DNA from: Cellvibrionaceae bacterium
GTDB lineage: Bacteria > Pseudomonadota > Gammaproteobacteria > Pseudomonadales > Cellvibrionaceae
Length of the DNA stretch: 64,000 nt
Direction: 5' to 3'
Assembly: GCA_021151615.1 (NCBI GenBank)
Contig: JAGKXA010000002.1
Coordinates: forward strand, 4,920-68,919
In this document: positions 1 through 10,071 of the stretch, piece after piece
How positions within the stretch are numbered: the stretch's first letter is position 1
Layout of the letters: the number at the start of each line of letters is the position of its first letter
Notes under the pieces: model-generated
The model's input: only the letters and a program-made list of their open reading frames with translations
The model's database searches: none
Told to the model about the DNA's origin: nothing
Translations under genes and position numbers: made by a program

Positions 1-804
1 TACATTTGATGGAGTAAACTTTATTTGTAGATGACTGCCTGAGATACTAGCCTGCATGTTGGTTCCCGCAGCACCTGCACCATGTTTTTTCAACACTTGT
101 GGTGGGCTTCCGCTAAATTGTTGCAGTAATACGTACTCCCCCAGAGCTGCATCCGCTGCAGCTAATATTTTGAATATCTCCTCCGGATTGATCGTAATCA
201 TCAGCGTGCCTAGTGGATCACTTTGTGGGTCTGTCGGAATAGGACGGATCCAGTATAAAAACTGGCGGTCACCAATAGTGGCAAGCTCGGGCAATATGGC
301 TCTGCGCTGTTCGGCGCGCTGAATTAAATCAAGCTCTGCAAAGCGTAAGGGATATTCGCTATCGCGTTCCAAAACGGCGGTACCAATGGGTATCAAGCGC
401 AGGTGTAACGCAAGGGGAATTTTTGCCTGCCAAGTCTTCTCAGCTTGCTGACGTAATTCGGGTGTGGCGGCTGGGTTGAGTGCAGTAACAAATTCTGCTT
501 CGTTGGCAATTTGATTAAAGAATTTATCTTGTTCGGAAAAATACTTTTCCAGCGCGAGTTTACGTTCATCAACTTTTTCCTGCGTTAACTCGGCAAGGTT
601 TTCCTGCTCCTGTTGGATTACCAGTCGCTGATAAAGCACATAGGCGACTACCGCATTGATAACCAGAGCTATGCCCAACAAGATCAGCAAGATTTTTTGT
701 TGCATGGCTGCAGTGCGCCTGGCGGCTTCCATGGCGCGTTGAGCACTGCGTGAAAGGTGTGTACCAGTTTCAGGTTTTGCAAGGAGCGGATCTTTTGGGT
801 TCAC
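1..804 (-). CDS. algC: N-terminal membrane/periplasmic part of a probable long-form phosphomannomutase/phosphoglucomutase (runs off the window edge)
   Basis: Not in the ORF track. GTG at 804 after GGAAGG; reads MNPKDPLLAKPETG..., then a TM helix (ILLILLGIALVINAVVAYVLY) and continues toward base 1. It lies directly downstream of coaBC, where Pseudomonas-like genomes carry algC. The catalytic domain is outside the window, so identity rests on synteny. Confidence 0.55.
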   Translation of the reverse strand, partial: MNPKDPLLAKPETGTHLSRSAQRAMEAARRTAAMQQKILLILLGIALVINAVVAYVLYQRLVIQQEQENLAELTQEKVDERKLALEKYFSEQDKFFNQIANEAEFVTALNPAATPELRQQAEKTWQAKIPLALHLRLIPIGTAVLERDSEYPLRFAELDLIQRAEQRRAILPELATIGDRQFLYWIRPIPTDPQSDPLGTLMITINPEEIFKILAAADAALGEYVLLQQFSGSPPQVLKKHGAGAAGTNMQASISGSHLQIKFTPSNV

Positions 805-838
805 TCGTCTACCTTCCCGTTGTTCTCTAGTGGCGTGC

Positions 839-2032
839 TTATAGTTTTTGTGCAAAACAGGCGATAAGTTCGCGCGCAAGTTGTTGTTTGCTGCGCTGGC
901 TGATTTCAATACTTGAATTTTTATCAATCAGGGTGACGGCGTTGTCATCACTATTAAAGCCTATGTGGCTTTGTGAAATATTATTGGCGACTACTAAATC
1001 CAGATTTTTGCGTTCCAGTTTAGTCCGGGCATAGTCGATCAGGTTTTCAGACTCAGCGGCGAAACCCACGGTAAAGGGTTTGCGAGCGAGCGCGGCAACA
1101 CTGGCAACTATGTCGGGGTTTTTCACCAGGGTGAGGGTGATGCTATCGCTATCGCCCTTTTTCATTTTGTGGGACGCCACTTCTACCGGGCGGTAATCAG
1201 CCACGGCGGCGGCGGCGATAAACAGGTCGCAGTCTTGTGCCTCGGCCATACTGGCGGCGTACATCTCTTCCGCTGTAATTACATCAATACAGCGCGCGCG
1301 CGCCGGCTTTGTCAGTTGAGTCGGGCCGCTAATCAATACGGTTTGAGCGCCAGCTTCAACGGCTGCCTGGGCTAAGGCATATCCCATCTTGCCCGAACTG
1401 TGGTTGCTGATGTAACGCACCGGGTCAATAGCTTCGCGGCTGGGTCCGGCAGTGATCACTACTTTCTTGCCGCTGAGGCTACCGGTGGCAAACAGGCGCG
1501 CGGCCATATCAATAATTTGTAAGGGCTCCAACATACGCCCAGGGCCTATATCGCCGCAGGCTTGGCCACCATCGGCGGGGCCGAAAATATGGATTTTGCG
1601 CCCGATAAGGATATCGAGATTGGTTTGGGTCGCTGCATTGCGCCACATGCCCTGATTCATCGCTGGCGCCAGCGCAATAGGTGCGGAGGTGGCTAGGCAG
1701 ATACTGGTTAACAAGTCATTGCCCATACCCTGGCTCAGACGTGCCATGAAATCGGCGGTTGCGGGAGCAACCAATACCAGATCAGCCCAACGCGCCAGTT
1801 GAATATGGCCCATGCCTGCTTCAGCTTCAGGATCGAGCAATTGGGTATGTACCGGATGTCCGGACAGCGCCTGCATGGTCAGCGGGGTGATAAATTCCTG
1901 CGCGGCAGGGGTCATCACCACCTGCACACTGGCACCGGCGTCTTGCAGGCGACGCACCAGGTCGGCACTTTTATAGGCGGCAATGCCTCCGGTGACGCCG
2001 AGCAGAATCTGTTTATTGGCCAATGAACTCAT
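839..2032 (-). CDS. coaBC: Bifunctional phosphopantothenoylcysteine decarboxylase/synthetase
   Basis: GVTGGIAAYK, PAMN, ITAGPSREAIDPVRYISNHSSGKMG and GFAAE motifs; start taken at MSSLANK. Confidence 0.97.
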   Translation of the reverse strand: MSSLANKQILLGVTGGIAAYKSADLVRRLQDAGASVQVVMTPAAQEFITPLTMQALSGHPVHTQLLDPEAEAGMGHIQLARWADLVLVAPATADFMARLSQGMGNDLLTSICLATSAPIALAPAMNQGMWRNAATQTNLDILIGRKIHIFGPADGGQACGDIGPGRMLEPLQIIDMAARLFATGSLSGKKVVITAGPSREAIDPVRYISNHSSGKMGYALAQAAVEAGAQTVLISGPTQLTKPARARCIDVITAEEMYAASMAEAQDCDLFIAAAAVADYRPVEVASHKMKKGDSDSITLTLVKNPDIVASVAALARKPFTVGFAAESENLIDYARTKLERKNLDLVVANNISQSHIGFNSDDNAVTLIDKNSSIEISQRSKQQLARELIACFAQKL

Positions 2033-2275
2033 AGATGAAGGCAGCCCCGGAAAAAGTGGACAGCTAGAGAACAACCTTAGCTGAAAGTACGTAATCGGCC
2101 ACTAACGGCCACTGCCCCGCCGGGCTTGGTGTCCGCCCTGCGAGGCGCTTGACGAAAGGCCGCTAAGATACCATCCTTACCAGCATTTTCGCATCTGCTG
2201 CAGCCATTACCCGGCATAACAGGCGAACAAGGATTGATCAAATGTGGTTGTTTATCCAAAAAAGGAGTTTTCCTG

Positions 2276-2950
2276 ATGTCTATTGCCGATTGGCCTGAAG
2301 CCGAGCGTCCACGCGAAAAATTACTGGCCCTTGGCCCTCGCGCCCTTTCCGATGCTGAATTATTGGCAATCTTTCTGCGTATTGGTGTTGCCGGTAAATC
2401 GGCGGTGGATCTGGCGCGTGATCTCTTGCATCACTACGGTGGTTTGCGCCCTTTGCTTGAGGCGACCCAGGCGGATTTCTGCAAAGGTTTGGGGTTGGGT
2501 AATGCCAAGTATGCGCAGTTGCAAGCGGTATTGGAGATGGGGCGCCGTCATCTCTCTGCGAGCATGAAAGCGGGTGATCTGTTGTCCAGCCCAGAGTTGG
2601 TGCGCCAGTATCTGAGTGCCCAGTTGCGCCATCAACCGCGCGAAGTCTTTGCAGTCTTGTTCCTCGACAACCAGAATCGCCTGATTACCTACGAAGAGTT
2701 GTTTTTTGGCACTATCGATGGGGCTGCGGTTTATCCGCGTGAGGTAGTGCGGCGGGCTATGGTTCACAACGCGGCCGCCTTGATCCTGGCCCATAACCAC
2801 CCCAGTGGTATCGCGGAACCCAGCCAAGCTGACCAACGGATAACCCAGAGGCTACAAGCAGCGCTGGAGTTGATTGATGTGCGGATACTGGATCATATGG
2901 TGGTGGGCGATCTGGAAGTTGTCTCCTTTGCTGAGCGCGGTCTGATTTAA
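2276..2950 (+). CDS. radC: RadC-family JAB domain protein
   Basis: [16 protein letters not shown] and HNHPSG..EPS..D motifs; AAGGAG RBS; divergent from coaBC. Confidence 0.96.
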   Translation: MSIADWPEAERPREKLLALGPRALSDAELLAIFLRIGVAGKSAVDLARDLLHHYGGLRPLLEATQADFCKGLGLGNAKYAQLQAVLEMGRRHLSASMKAGDLLSSPELVRQYLSAQLRHQPREVFAVLFLDNQNRLITYEELFFGTIDGAAVYPREVVRRAMVHNAAALILAHNHPSGIAEPSQADQRITQRLQAALELIDVRILDHMVVGDLEVVSFAERGLI

Positions 2951-3176
2951 GTAAACCAAGGCTCAAAAAATAACCTTTTCGTTGCTATTGGGGCCGGCTT
3001 TTGGTATAAAGCGCGGCTCTTTGCGGCAGTGTCGAATTATCCCGCCGCGTTTAGGAAAGAATAGGCTGATCACAAGGCGCATTTGCTGGTTGTTAGTCTG
3101 TTTAACGGTTTGATCACTAACGGTTCTAGCACCGCGCCTCCAGCAGAGCGCACTGATTTTTGAATGAGGCAATAAA

Positions 3177-3413
3177 ATGTCCAGAGTATGTCAAGTTACC
3201 GGCAAACGCCCAGTTACCGGTCACAATGTATCCCACGCAAAAAACCACACCAAGCGTCGTTTTTTGCCAAACCTGCAATCCCACCGTTTTTGGGTAGAAG
3301 CTGAGAAGCGTTTTGTAACTCTGCGTCTGACTCCAAAAGGTATGCGTATCATCGACAAGCGCGGCATCGAAGCTGTGTTGGCTGATGTTCGTGCCAACGG
3401 CCACAAAGTGTAA
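3177..3413 (+). CDS. rpmB: 50S ribosomal protein L28
   Basis: [12 protein letters not shown]...RRFLPNL. Confidence 0.99.
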   Translation: MSRVCQVTGKRPVTGHNVSHAKNHTKRRFLPNLQSHRFWVEAEKRFVTLRLTPKGMRIIDKRGIEAVLADVRANGHKV

Positions 3414-3428
3414 TTAGGAGCTATTGTC

Positions 3429-3584
3429 ATGCGCGAAAAAATTCGTCTGAACTCTTCTGCTGGTACTGGTCACTTCTACACTACTGACAAGAACAAGCGC
3501 ACCATGCCAGAAAAGATGGAAATCAAAAAGTATGACCCAGTTGTGCGCAAGCACGTGGTCTACAAAGAAGGCAAAATCAAGTAA
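3429..3584 (+). CDS. rpmG: 50S ribosomal protein L33 (51 aa, below the ORF-track cutoff)
   Basis: Translated by hand: [59 protein letters not shown]. Confidence 0.99.
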   Translation: MREKIRLNSSAGTGHFYTTDKNKRTMPEKMEIKKYDPVVRKHVVYKEGKIK

Positions 3585-3618
3585 TTTGCTGAATGGCATT
3601 GTTTGGTAGCCGCTTTCG

Positions 3619-3650
3619 AAAAACCCGATCTTAGTATCGGGTTTTTTATT
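3619..3650 (+). terminator. Rho-independent terminator of rpmBG
   Basis: AAAAACCCGAT-cttagt-ATCGGGTTTTTT. Confidence 0.9.
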
Positions 3651-3820
3651 GCCCGAAATTAGTGAGGAATCGGCTTCATTAAAAATAATTTTGGCGAAGC
3701 TTGCGCCAAAAAGCAGAATTCAACGACCTGAGCTACACTCAAGCGACATAATAAAAAATGCTGGCTGCGGTAGTGATATGCGGCACGCATGCCCATAATC
3801 GGCTACTACAGGTTTCCCCT

Positions 3821-5221
3821 ATGACAGAAATTCGTGGGCTTGAGGCATGGATGGATGCGCTCGCTGAACAGGAACTGCCTACGCTCGATGCAGTGGTGCG
3901 GGAAATTTGCGAGTTGAGTGAAAATGAAAAATGCCGCGCGGAAGACCTGACCAAAATTATCCTGCGCGATGCGGATCTAACCTCCAAGGTTTTGCGCATT
4001 GCCAACTCGGTGCACTACAACCCATCTTTTGCTCCCATCAAAACTGTTTCGCGCGCAATTGTGCATTTGGGGTTTGATAATCTGCGCAATATCACTTTAG
4101 CGACAACGCTGATTGATAACTTTCTCAAAGGCAAACCAAAAGCGCTGTTAATTCAGAGTTTGGCGCGCTCTTTTCATGCTGCCGTGCAAGCTAAAGCCAT
4201 GGTGCCCTTTCTCGATGGTGATAAAAAAGAGCAGGTTTTTATTGCAGCGCTGCTGCGCAACATCAGTGAGCTCGCGTTAATTTCTACCGGGCGCAAAGTA
4301 GTGGAGGATTTTATTGAGGCGCGCGATCAAGCTCCGCAAGCGGAGCACAGTCTTGCGGTGGATTATTTAGGTGTGGATACCAGTTTGCTATCGCGCAGTT
4401 TAATCAAGGATTGGGCGCTGGGTGATTTGTTGAGTGAGTCTTGTGAAAATCATGTGCATTCCAGCCCCGCTGCGCGTGCCGTAAATCTCGGGAATCAAAT
4501 CAGTACGTACATCCAACGAGGTATTAAAAGCACGGAAATGCAAAAGCTCTGTCAGCAAACGGCAAGTCTGTGCAAAATTCCGTTTGAAGATGCCAAAAAG
4601 CAAGTGTTGCGTATGGCTGATGAAGCCTCGGTGATTGCCAAAATTTATGGTGTGGATGTGCTGATTAGCGCATTACCTGATCCGCATCTCATTGAAGAAA
4701 AAGACATTCCCGCCGTTAAAACCGATTATTTATTTCAGCAGCAGCTCAACCAGATTCACAAGGCTATGCTGGAGGGTAGTGACCTGCCCAAGGTGACCCA
4801 GTTATCACTTGCGGCTTTGCATGAAGGCGCCGATATTGCTCGTCTTGCCATATTAATCGTTGATCATAAAAACAAAACGCTTGATGTGCGTTATGTGGCA
4901 GGTAAGGGGACGCATTTATGGCGGCAACAAATTAAAATCAGTTTGGAAAAATTGCACAAGGGTGAGTTGTTACATGAGCTGCTACGTACTCAACAGCCCT
5001 TTCATTATCATGTCGATGTTGGGCAGGGCGATCTGGGTGCATTGCAAGCCATGGCTGCCAAAGGCGATATTTTTATCGCGCCCTTGCAGTTGAATAAACG
5101 CTTGATGGCAATTGCCTATGCGGATAATGAAAGTGGAAAATTGTCAGCGCGCCAGTTTGAAGAGTTTCAGTTAATTGCCAACCAATTAAATTTGATGATG
5201 CGTCTTAGTGCGGCGCATTAA
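3821..5221 (+). CDS. HDOD domain signalling protein with C-terminal GAF-like region
   Basis: ELPTL...DADLTSKVLRIANSVHYN...TVSRAIVHLG is the HDOD signature; C-terminal IAPLQLNKRLMAIAYADN is GAF-like. Confidence 0.85.
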   Translation: MTEIRGLEAWMDALAEQELPTLDAVVREICELSENEKCRAEDLTKIILRDADLTSKVLRIANSVHYNPSFAPIKTVSRAIVHLGFDNLRNITLATTLIDNFLKGKPKALLIQSLARSFHAAVQAKAMVPFLDGDKKEQVFIAALLRNISELALISTGRKVVEDFIEARDQAPQAEHSLAVDYLGVDTSLLSRSLIKDWALGDLLSESCENHVHSSPAARAVNLGNQISTYIQRGIKSTEMQKLCQQTASLCKIPFEDAKKQVLRMADEASVIAKIYGVDVLISALPDPHLIEEKDIPAVKTDYLFQQQLNQIHKAMLEGSDLPKVTQLSLAALHEGADIARLAILIVDHKNKTLDVRYVAGKGTHLWRQQIKISLEKLHKGELLHELLRTQQPFHYHVDVGQGDLGALQAMAAKGDIFIAPLQLNKRLMAIAYADNESGKLSARQFEEFQLIANQLNLMMRLSAAH

Positions 5222-5294
5222 TTCAATCTACAGTAATAAATTAATTGGCTTCTAATAGATTCAGCGCGACGCTTTAAACGATTACAGAGTTGGC

Positions 5295-5330
5295 AAAAAA
5301 ATACCGGGTGATCTGCCCGGCATCTTTTTT
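5295..5330. terminator. Likely bidirectional terminator between convergent genes
   Basis: A-run, CCGGG/CCCGG stem, T-run. Confidence 0.65.
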
Positions 5331-5340
5331 GTGTGGCCGT

Positions 5341-5985
5341 TTATTTCAGCGTGATTGCTTTTACCTGACGACGCATCAATGCCAAGCTGATCAAGCCCAA
5401 TAACAACAATAGGGCTGCACTGGGCTCAGTGACAGAAACCAGTTTTCTAAAGGCGTGGTTATCGCTCTCAAACGCAAAGCCATAACTGGTTAATCGTACG
5501 CGATCAAAACTATCGTTGCCAAAATCAAAATTGATATAGCGGTTGGAGTTGTAACTCAATTGATTGCCATCGGCAAACTGTCCCACAATGGCGCTGCCGG
5601 AATAACTGGCAACCAGAGTGTTGTTCAGGTAAAAACTAATAAAGTTGTAACTATCAATTGAACCCCAAAAAAGCCCAAAATAATTGGCGACTGTGCCCAG
5701 ATTAAAGTCGGCGCTCAGGGTGCTGGCGGAGGGATGGGGTACGCTCAAGTACTGGGTGTTAGTTCCAAAAGGTTGGGCATAGAGGCCGCTTTGACTACCA
5801 GCAGCCAGGATAAAATCACCGCTGCAACTGGTGTAGCCGCAACCGCTGTTAAAGTCGATAATCGTGGTCTCTGCAACTGAGGTGGTCGTTTGACCGGTAG
5901 CCGATAAAGATACAATGGGTACCGCCGAGGCGCTGCCAGCGATGAATAGCAAAGGCAAAAGCAGCGACCGCATCAGGTTTTTCAT
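5341..5985 (-). CDS. PEP-CTERM-type exosortase-sorted surface protein
   Basis: Signal peptide MKNLMRSLLLPLLFIAGSASA; FGLFWGSIDSYN and AFESDNHA core; C-terminal VTEP + hydrophobic helix + RR. Confidence 0.85.
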   Translation of the reverse strand: MKNLMRSLLLPLLFIAGSASAVPIVSLSATGQTTTSVAETTIIDFNSGCGYTSCSGDFILAAGSQSGLYAQPFGTNTQYLSVPHPSASTLSADFNLGTVANYFGLFWGSIDSYNFISFYLNNTLVASYSGSAIVGQFADGNQLSYNSNRYINFDFGNDSFDRVRLTSYGFAFESDNHAFRKLVSVTEPSAALLLLLGLISLALMRRQVKAITLK

Positions 5986-6144
5986 TAAAAACTCCAGAGG
6001 CAAACAGTTGATAGGGTAACCAGTAGGGTATGGGTTCCTGTGGCGTTGACCCGTTACCTCCGGGATGGCGCCTGAACTGGCATCTTGGCCTTCGCAAAAT
6101 ACAGACCAATTTGTCTCGAATTGCGAATCAAATCTTATTTTGTA

Positions 6145-6160
6145 TGTGATTTGCATCACA
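6145..6160. promoter_or_regulatory. CRP/Vfr-type box
   Basis: Perfect TGTGA-N6-TCACA (TGTGATTTGCATCACA) between the divergent PEP-CTERM gene and mutM. Confidence 0.65.
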
Positions 6161-6253
6161 TATTCAGTTTAGGTGCGAGTTTGTTATTTTCAACGCCAAA
6201 TTTGTGAATGTTTAACGAAGTTTTTCTCATGTTGAATTTGTAGTGGATGAGTT

Positions 6254-7066
6254 ATGCCTGAGTTGCCTGAAGTTGAAACTACCCTGCGCGGCATTGCCCC
6301 CCATATTCTCGGTCACAAAGTGACGGAGATTGTCATCCGTCAGCCGCGTTTGCGCTGGCCTATTCCGGCCGAGCTTGCCGCTTTGTTACCCGGTAAAAAG
6401 CTGCAGGGTGTGCGGCGACGTGGAAAATATCTGCTGCTCGATTTTGGCGTGGGTCATGCGCTGATCCACTTGGGAATGTCGGGCAGCTTGCGTGTCGTCA
6501 AGGCGGATGAACCACCATCGTTTCATGACCATTTCGACCTGGTGTTTGGCAAGCAGGCGCTGCGCTATTGCGACCCGCGCCGTTTTGGCTGTTTGCTGTG
6601 GCTTGCCGGGGAGCCTGAAGGGCATAAGTTATTGGCCGATTTGGGGCCTGAACCGCTGACCGATACCTTTACTGCAGATTATCTGTTTGAGCGAACGCGC
6701 AAGCGCAGTCAGGCGATTAAGCAGTTCATTATGGACAGTAAAATCGTGGTTGGGGTAGGGAACATCTACGCCAATGAGTCCCTGTTTATGTCGGCGATCA
6801 AGCCGATTCGCAAGGCGGGCTCACTGACGCGCAAAAACTGTGAAGACCTGGTGCGCGATATCAAATTTGTATTGCAGCGCTCTATTGATCAGGGTGGTAC
6901 AACCCTGCGCGATTTTGTGGGAGGTGATGGCAAACCTGGCTATTTCAAGCAGCAGTTGTTGGTTTATGGTCGTGGCGGCGAGCCCTGTCCGCGTTGCAAG
7001 AAACTGCTCAAAGAGGTGCGCATGAATGATCGCACCACGGTTTACTGTGTGGATTGCCAGAAGTAA
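6254..7066 (+). CDS. mutM: Formamidopyrimidine-DNA glycosylase
   Basis: N-terminal MPELPEVET, HLGMSG, GVGNIYA, C-terminal CPRC/CVDCQ zinc finger. Confidence 0.99.
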   Translation: MPELPEVETTLRGIAPHILGHKVTEIVIRQPRLRWPIPAELAALLPGKKLQGVRRRGKYLLLDFGVGHALIHLGMSGSLRVVKADEPPSFHDHFDLVFGKQALRYCDPRRFGCLLWLAGEPEGHKLLADLGPEPLTDTFTADYLFERTRKRSQAIKQFIMDSKIVVGVGNIYANESLFMSAIKPIRKAGSLTRKNCEDLVRDIKFVLQRSIDQGGTTLRDFVGGDGKPGYFKQQLLVYGRGGEPCPRCKKLLKEVRMNDRTTVYCVDCQK

Positions 7067-7085
7067 TAAATACCGATTAGAAGCG

Positions 7086-7577
<492 letters not shown>

Positions 7578-7764
7578 TTATCGAGTGCCGGTCGGTGGGG
7601 CCGGCATGGTACAAAATTCGTAATGAGCTGACCAGCAGCCTCTAAAGCACAATTTGGTCTATTACAGGATCACAAACTTGCATAGCTCTGAACTAGACTC
7701 AATTGAGACGTCATTTTCATTTGAGTATGGCTCGGGGTCGGTAATTGTATTTTGGAGGTAGCAG

Positions 7765-9348
7765 ATGGCCACGAATATCAAGGCAACGCGTTTAGGGGAC
7801 ATTCTGGTCGAAAAGGGGTTGATCAGCACTAGTCAATTGAAAGTTGCGATTGCCGAGCAAAAACGTTTGCGGGCAGATATAGACCAGAATGACAAGGCGG
7901 CCATGGAAGTCACTTCCATTGGCGAGATTTTAATCAGGTTAGGCTACATCAATCATCAACAATTGAAGCGCGGCCTTGGGTGGCAAATGTCTTTGCGCCG
8001 CATGACATTTGCGATGGCGTTGTTTGCGCCGCTGATGAGTTTGGGAACTGGTGCTGCGGCTCAGGTGACAAGCTCTTCCAGCAGTAGTAAAAGCAGTACA
8101 GCTACTAGTTTGCCGCTTACTATCCAAGCTGAAAGTTACACCAGCATGTTTGGTGTGCAAACCGAAGTCACCAAGGATGTAGGTGGAGGTTTGAATGTAG
8201 GGTATTTCCATGAAGGCGATTGGATGTCCTATTCGGATACCCAATTTGTTGCGCCTCTGACGGGTAATTATAAAGTCACTTATCGCGTTGCCAGTAATGG
8301 CGGTGGTGGTAGTTTTGCACTTCATGAAGCTGATAAAAGTGCGCAATACGATGTCATAAACGTTCCCAATACAGGAGGTACCCAAAAGTGGATTGATATT
8401 GAGCGAACCGTTAGTTTGAAAGCGGGGGTGCATAGTTTGGGGATTACCACCCTCACTCGTGGTGCGGGTTACAACCTCAACTGGTTTAAAGTGGAGTTAC
8501 GCGGTCTGCCTTTGCCAGCCACTATTCAGGCAGAAGACTATACAGAGATGAGTGGAATACAAACTCAGCCCACAACGGATATAGGCGGTGGGTTGAATGT
8601 GGGTTATTTCCATGAAAATGATTGGCTATCTTATAGCGACAAAGTCATAGATATTCCCACCACAGGAACCTACAAGATTACCTACAGGGTTGCCAGTTTA
8701 GCGGGTGGAGGTAGTTTTGCGTTTCATGAGGCGGATGGTAGTGCGCAATATGCGACTGTGTCTGTACCTAAAACCGGAGATTCCCAAAAGTGGGTGGATG
8801 TGGAGAAAATCGTGACCTTAACTGCGGGCTCACACAGGTTTGGAATTACCACTTTGGCGCGCGGCAGTTACGGTTTTAATTTTAACTGGTTTAAAGTCGA
8901 ATCAACGACCGCGACCTCCTCTTCTGCGCAATCCAGCTCAGCAGGGGCATTGACCAGCTCAACAAGCTCAACCAGTTCTGCGCCCAGTGTTGTAACGACC
9001 AGTTCCAGTTCCTCTAGTTCATCTGCAGCTGTTGTGAGCTCTTCCAGTGCTGCTTCTACCGCTACAGCCACTACCAGTGATGTTACAACGGGAGAGGCAT
9101 ATTTCAAATGGACACCACCTACCGCTCGGGCCAATGGTGAAGTATTGAATGCGGAGGATTTGGGCGGGTATGAGATTCGCTATAAGCTCGCAGGCGATAC
9201 CAAATACACCTATGTTTCAACTGGCATAGGCCCTTGGGATAACAGTTTCACTCTGAATGGCTTGGCGAATGGAAGTTACGTGTTTGAGATAGCTGCATTT
9301 GATAAAAACGGTTTTTATAGCAAGTTTGTAAATATCCAAGCGTTGTAA
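7765..9348 (+). CDS. MshEN - signal/TM - CBM6 - CBM6 - Ser-rich linker - FN3-like protein
   Basis: Two RLGxxLxxxGxI...Q-type repeats at the N-terminus; two repeats of TIQAExY...DxGGGLNVGY...W...NxNWF (CBM6-like); poly-Ser/Thr linker; WTPPTARANG...GYEIRY FN3-like end; GGAGG RBS. Confidence 0.85.
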   Translation: MATNIKATRLGDILVEKGLISTSQLKVAIAEQKRLRADIDQNDKAAMEVTSIGEILIRLGYINHQQLKRGLGWQMSLRRMTFAMALFAPLMSLGTGAAAQVTSSSSSSKSSTATSLPLTIQAESYTSMFGVQTEVTKDVGGGLNVGYFHEGDWMSYSDTQFVAPLTGNYKVTYRVASNGGGGSFALHEADKSAQYDVINVPNTGGTQKWIDIERTVSLKAGVHSLGITTLTRGAGYNLNWFKVELRGLPLPATIQAEDYTEMSGIQTQPTTDIGGGLNVGYFHENDWLSYSDKVIDIPTTGTYKITYRVASLAGGGSFAFHEADGSAQYATVSVPKTGDSQKWVDVEKIVTLTAGSHRFGITTLARGSYGFNFNWFKVESTTATSSSAQSSSAGALTSSTSSTSSAPSVVTTSSSSSSSSAAVVSSSSAASTATATTSDVTTGEAYFKWTPPTARANGEVLNAEDLGGYEIRYKLAGDTKYTYVSTGIGPWDNSFTLNGLANGSYVFEIAAFDKNGFYSKFVNIQAL

Positions 9349-9355
9349 CCCTATC

Positions 9356-9976
9356 TTATTCGCGATAAAACAAACAGTAACGCAAGGTGCTGGTTGTTTT
9401 ATCGCGATGCAAAATCCAGTCTTCGGGGGGGCGGTAGGTGTCCATAATTCCTGATTCAACATAGATCGCACAGCCCTGACCCAGCAAATTGCCTTGATCC
9501 AGCAGGTCTATGCTTTTCTGCCAAAGCTTCAATTGAAATGGCGGATCAATAAATACGATATCAAAGGTCTTTTGGTTGCTGTAGTTTGCTAAATAGGAGA
9601 TGGCGTCAGCATTAATTACTTTGGCTTCAGGTGCATTCAATAAGGCCAGGTTTTTTTCCAGCGATTGCGCCGCCGCAGGGTGTTTCTCTATGAGTACACT
9701 TTCACCGGCCCCACGTGACAAAGCTTCCAACCCCAAAGCGCCGGAACCGGCAAACAGATCCAGGCAGCGTGCGCCTTGAATATCCGGTGCCAGCCAGTTA
9801 AACAGGGTCTCGCGGATACGATCAGCGGTGGGACGTAAACCCTCCACATCGGGAAAACTTAACTTTCGCCCACGCCAGTTGCCACCAATGATGCGCAACT
9901 GATTGTTACCTTTGGTGGAATTTGCATGGGATTTTGCAGCTTTGGTGCCGGGTCTGGACAAGGTCTTCTCTCGCAC
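9356..9976 (-). CDS. rsmD: 16S rRNA m2G966 methyltransferase
   Basis: LRIIGGNWRGRKL, LRPT.DRIRETLFNWL, LDLFAGSGALGLEALSRGA, DPPF; exact start uncertain. Confidence 0.97.
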   Translation of the reverse strand: MREKTLSRPGTKAAKSHANSTKGNNQLRIIGGNWRGRKLSFPDVEGLRPTADRIRETLFNWLAPDIQGARCLDLFAGSGALGLEALSRGAGESVLIEKHPAAAQSLEKNLALLNAPEAKVINADAISYLANYSNQKTFDIVFIDPPFQLKLWQKSIDLLDQGNLLGQGCAIYVESGIMDTYRPPEDWILHRDKTTSTLRYCLFYRE

Positions 9977-10071
9977 AAGTAAACAGAAGTGGTAGGATAG
10001 CGCCTTTATTGCCTTGGCTGGAATGATCCGGCCAACCGGATTTTTCCCCCGACACCCCCCAGATCACGCTT

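Noticed and set aside
2276..2950. radC as a mobile-element or anti-defence marker
   Set aside because: Full-length copy in the standard coaBC-radC-rpmB chromosomal position
6030..6120. Possible c-di-GMP-I riboswitch in the PEP-CTERM leader (GACAAA-stem-GATGCC on the minus strand)
   Set aside because: It lacks the GNRA tetraloop, the GACGCAAAG junction and a recognisable second stem; only an Infernal scan could rescue it
8890..9080. Low-complexity repetitive DNA suggesting a tandem repeat or array
   Set aside because: It encodes the Ser/Thr linker; there is no fixed repeat-spacer periodicity
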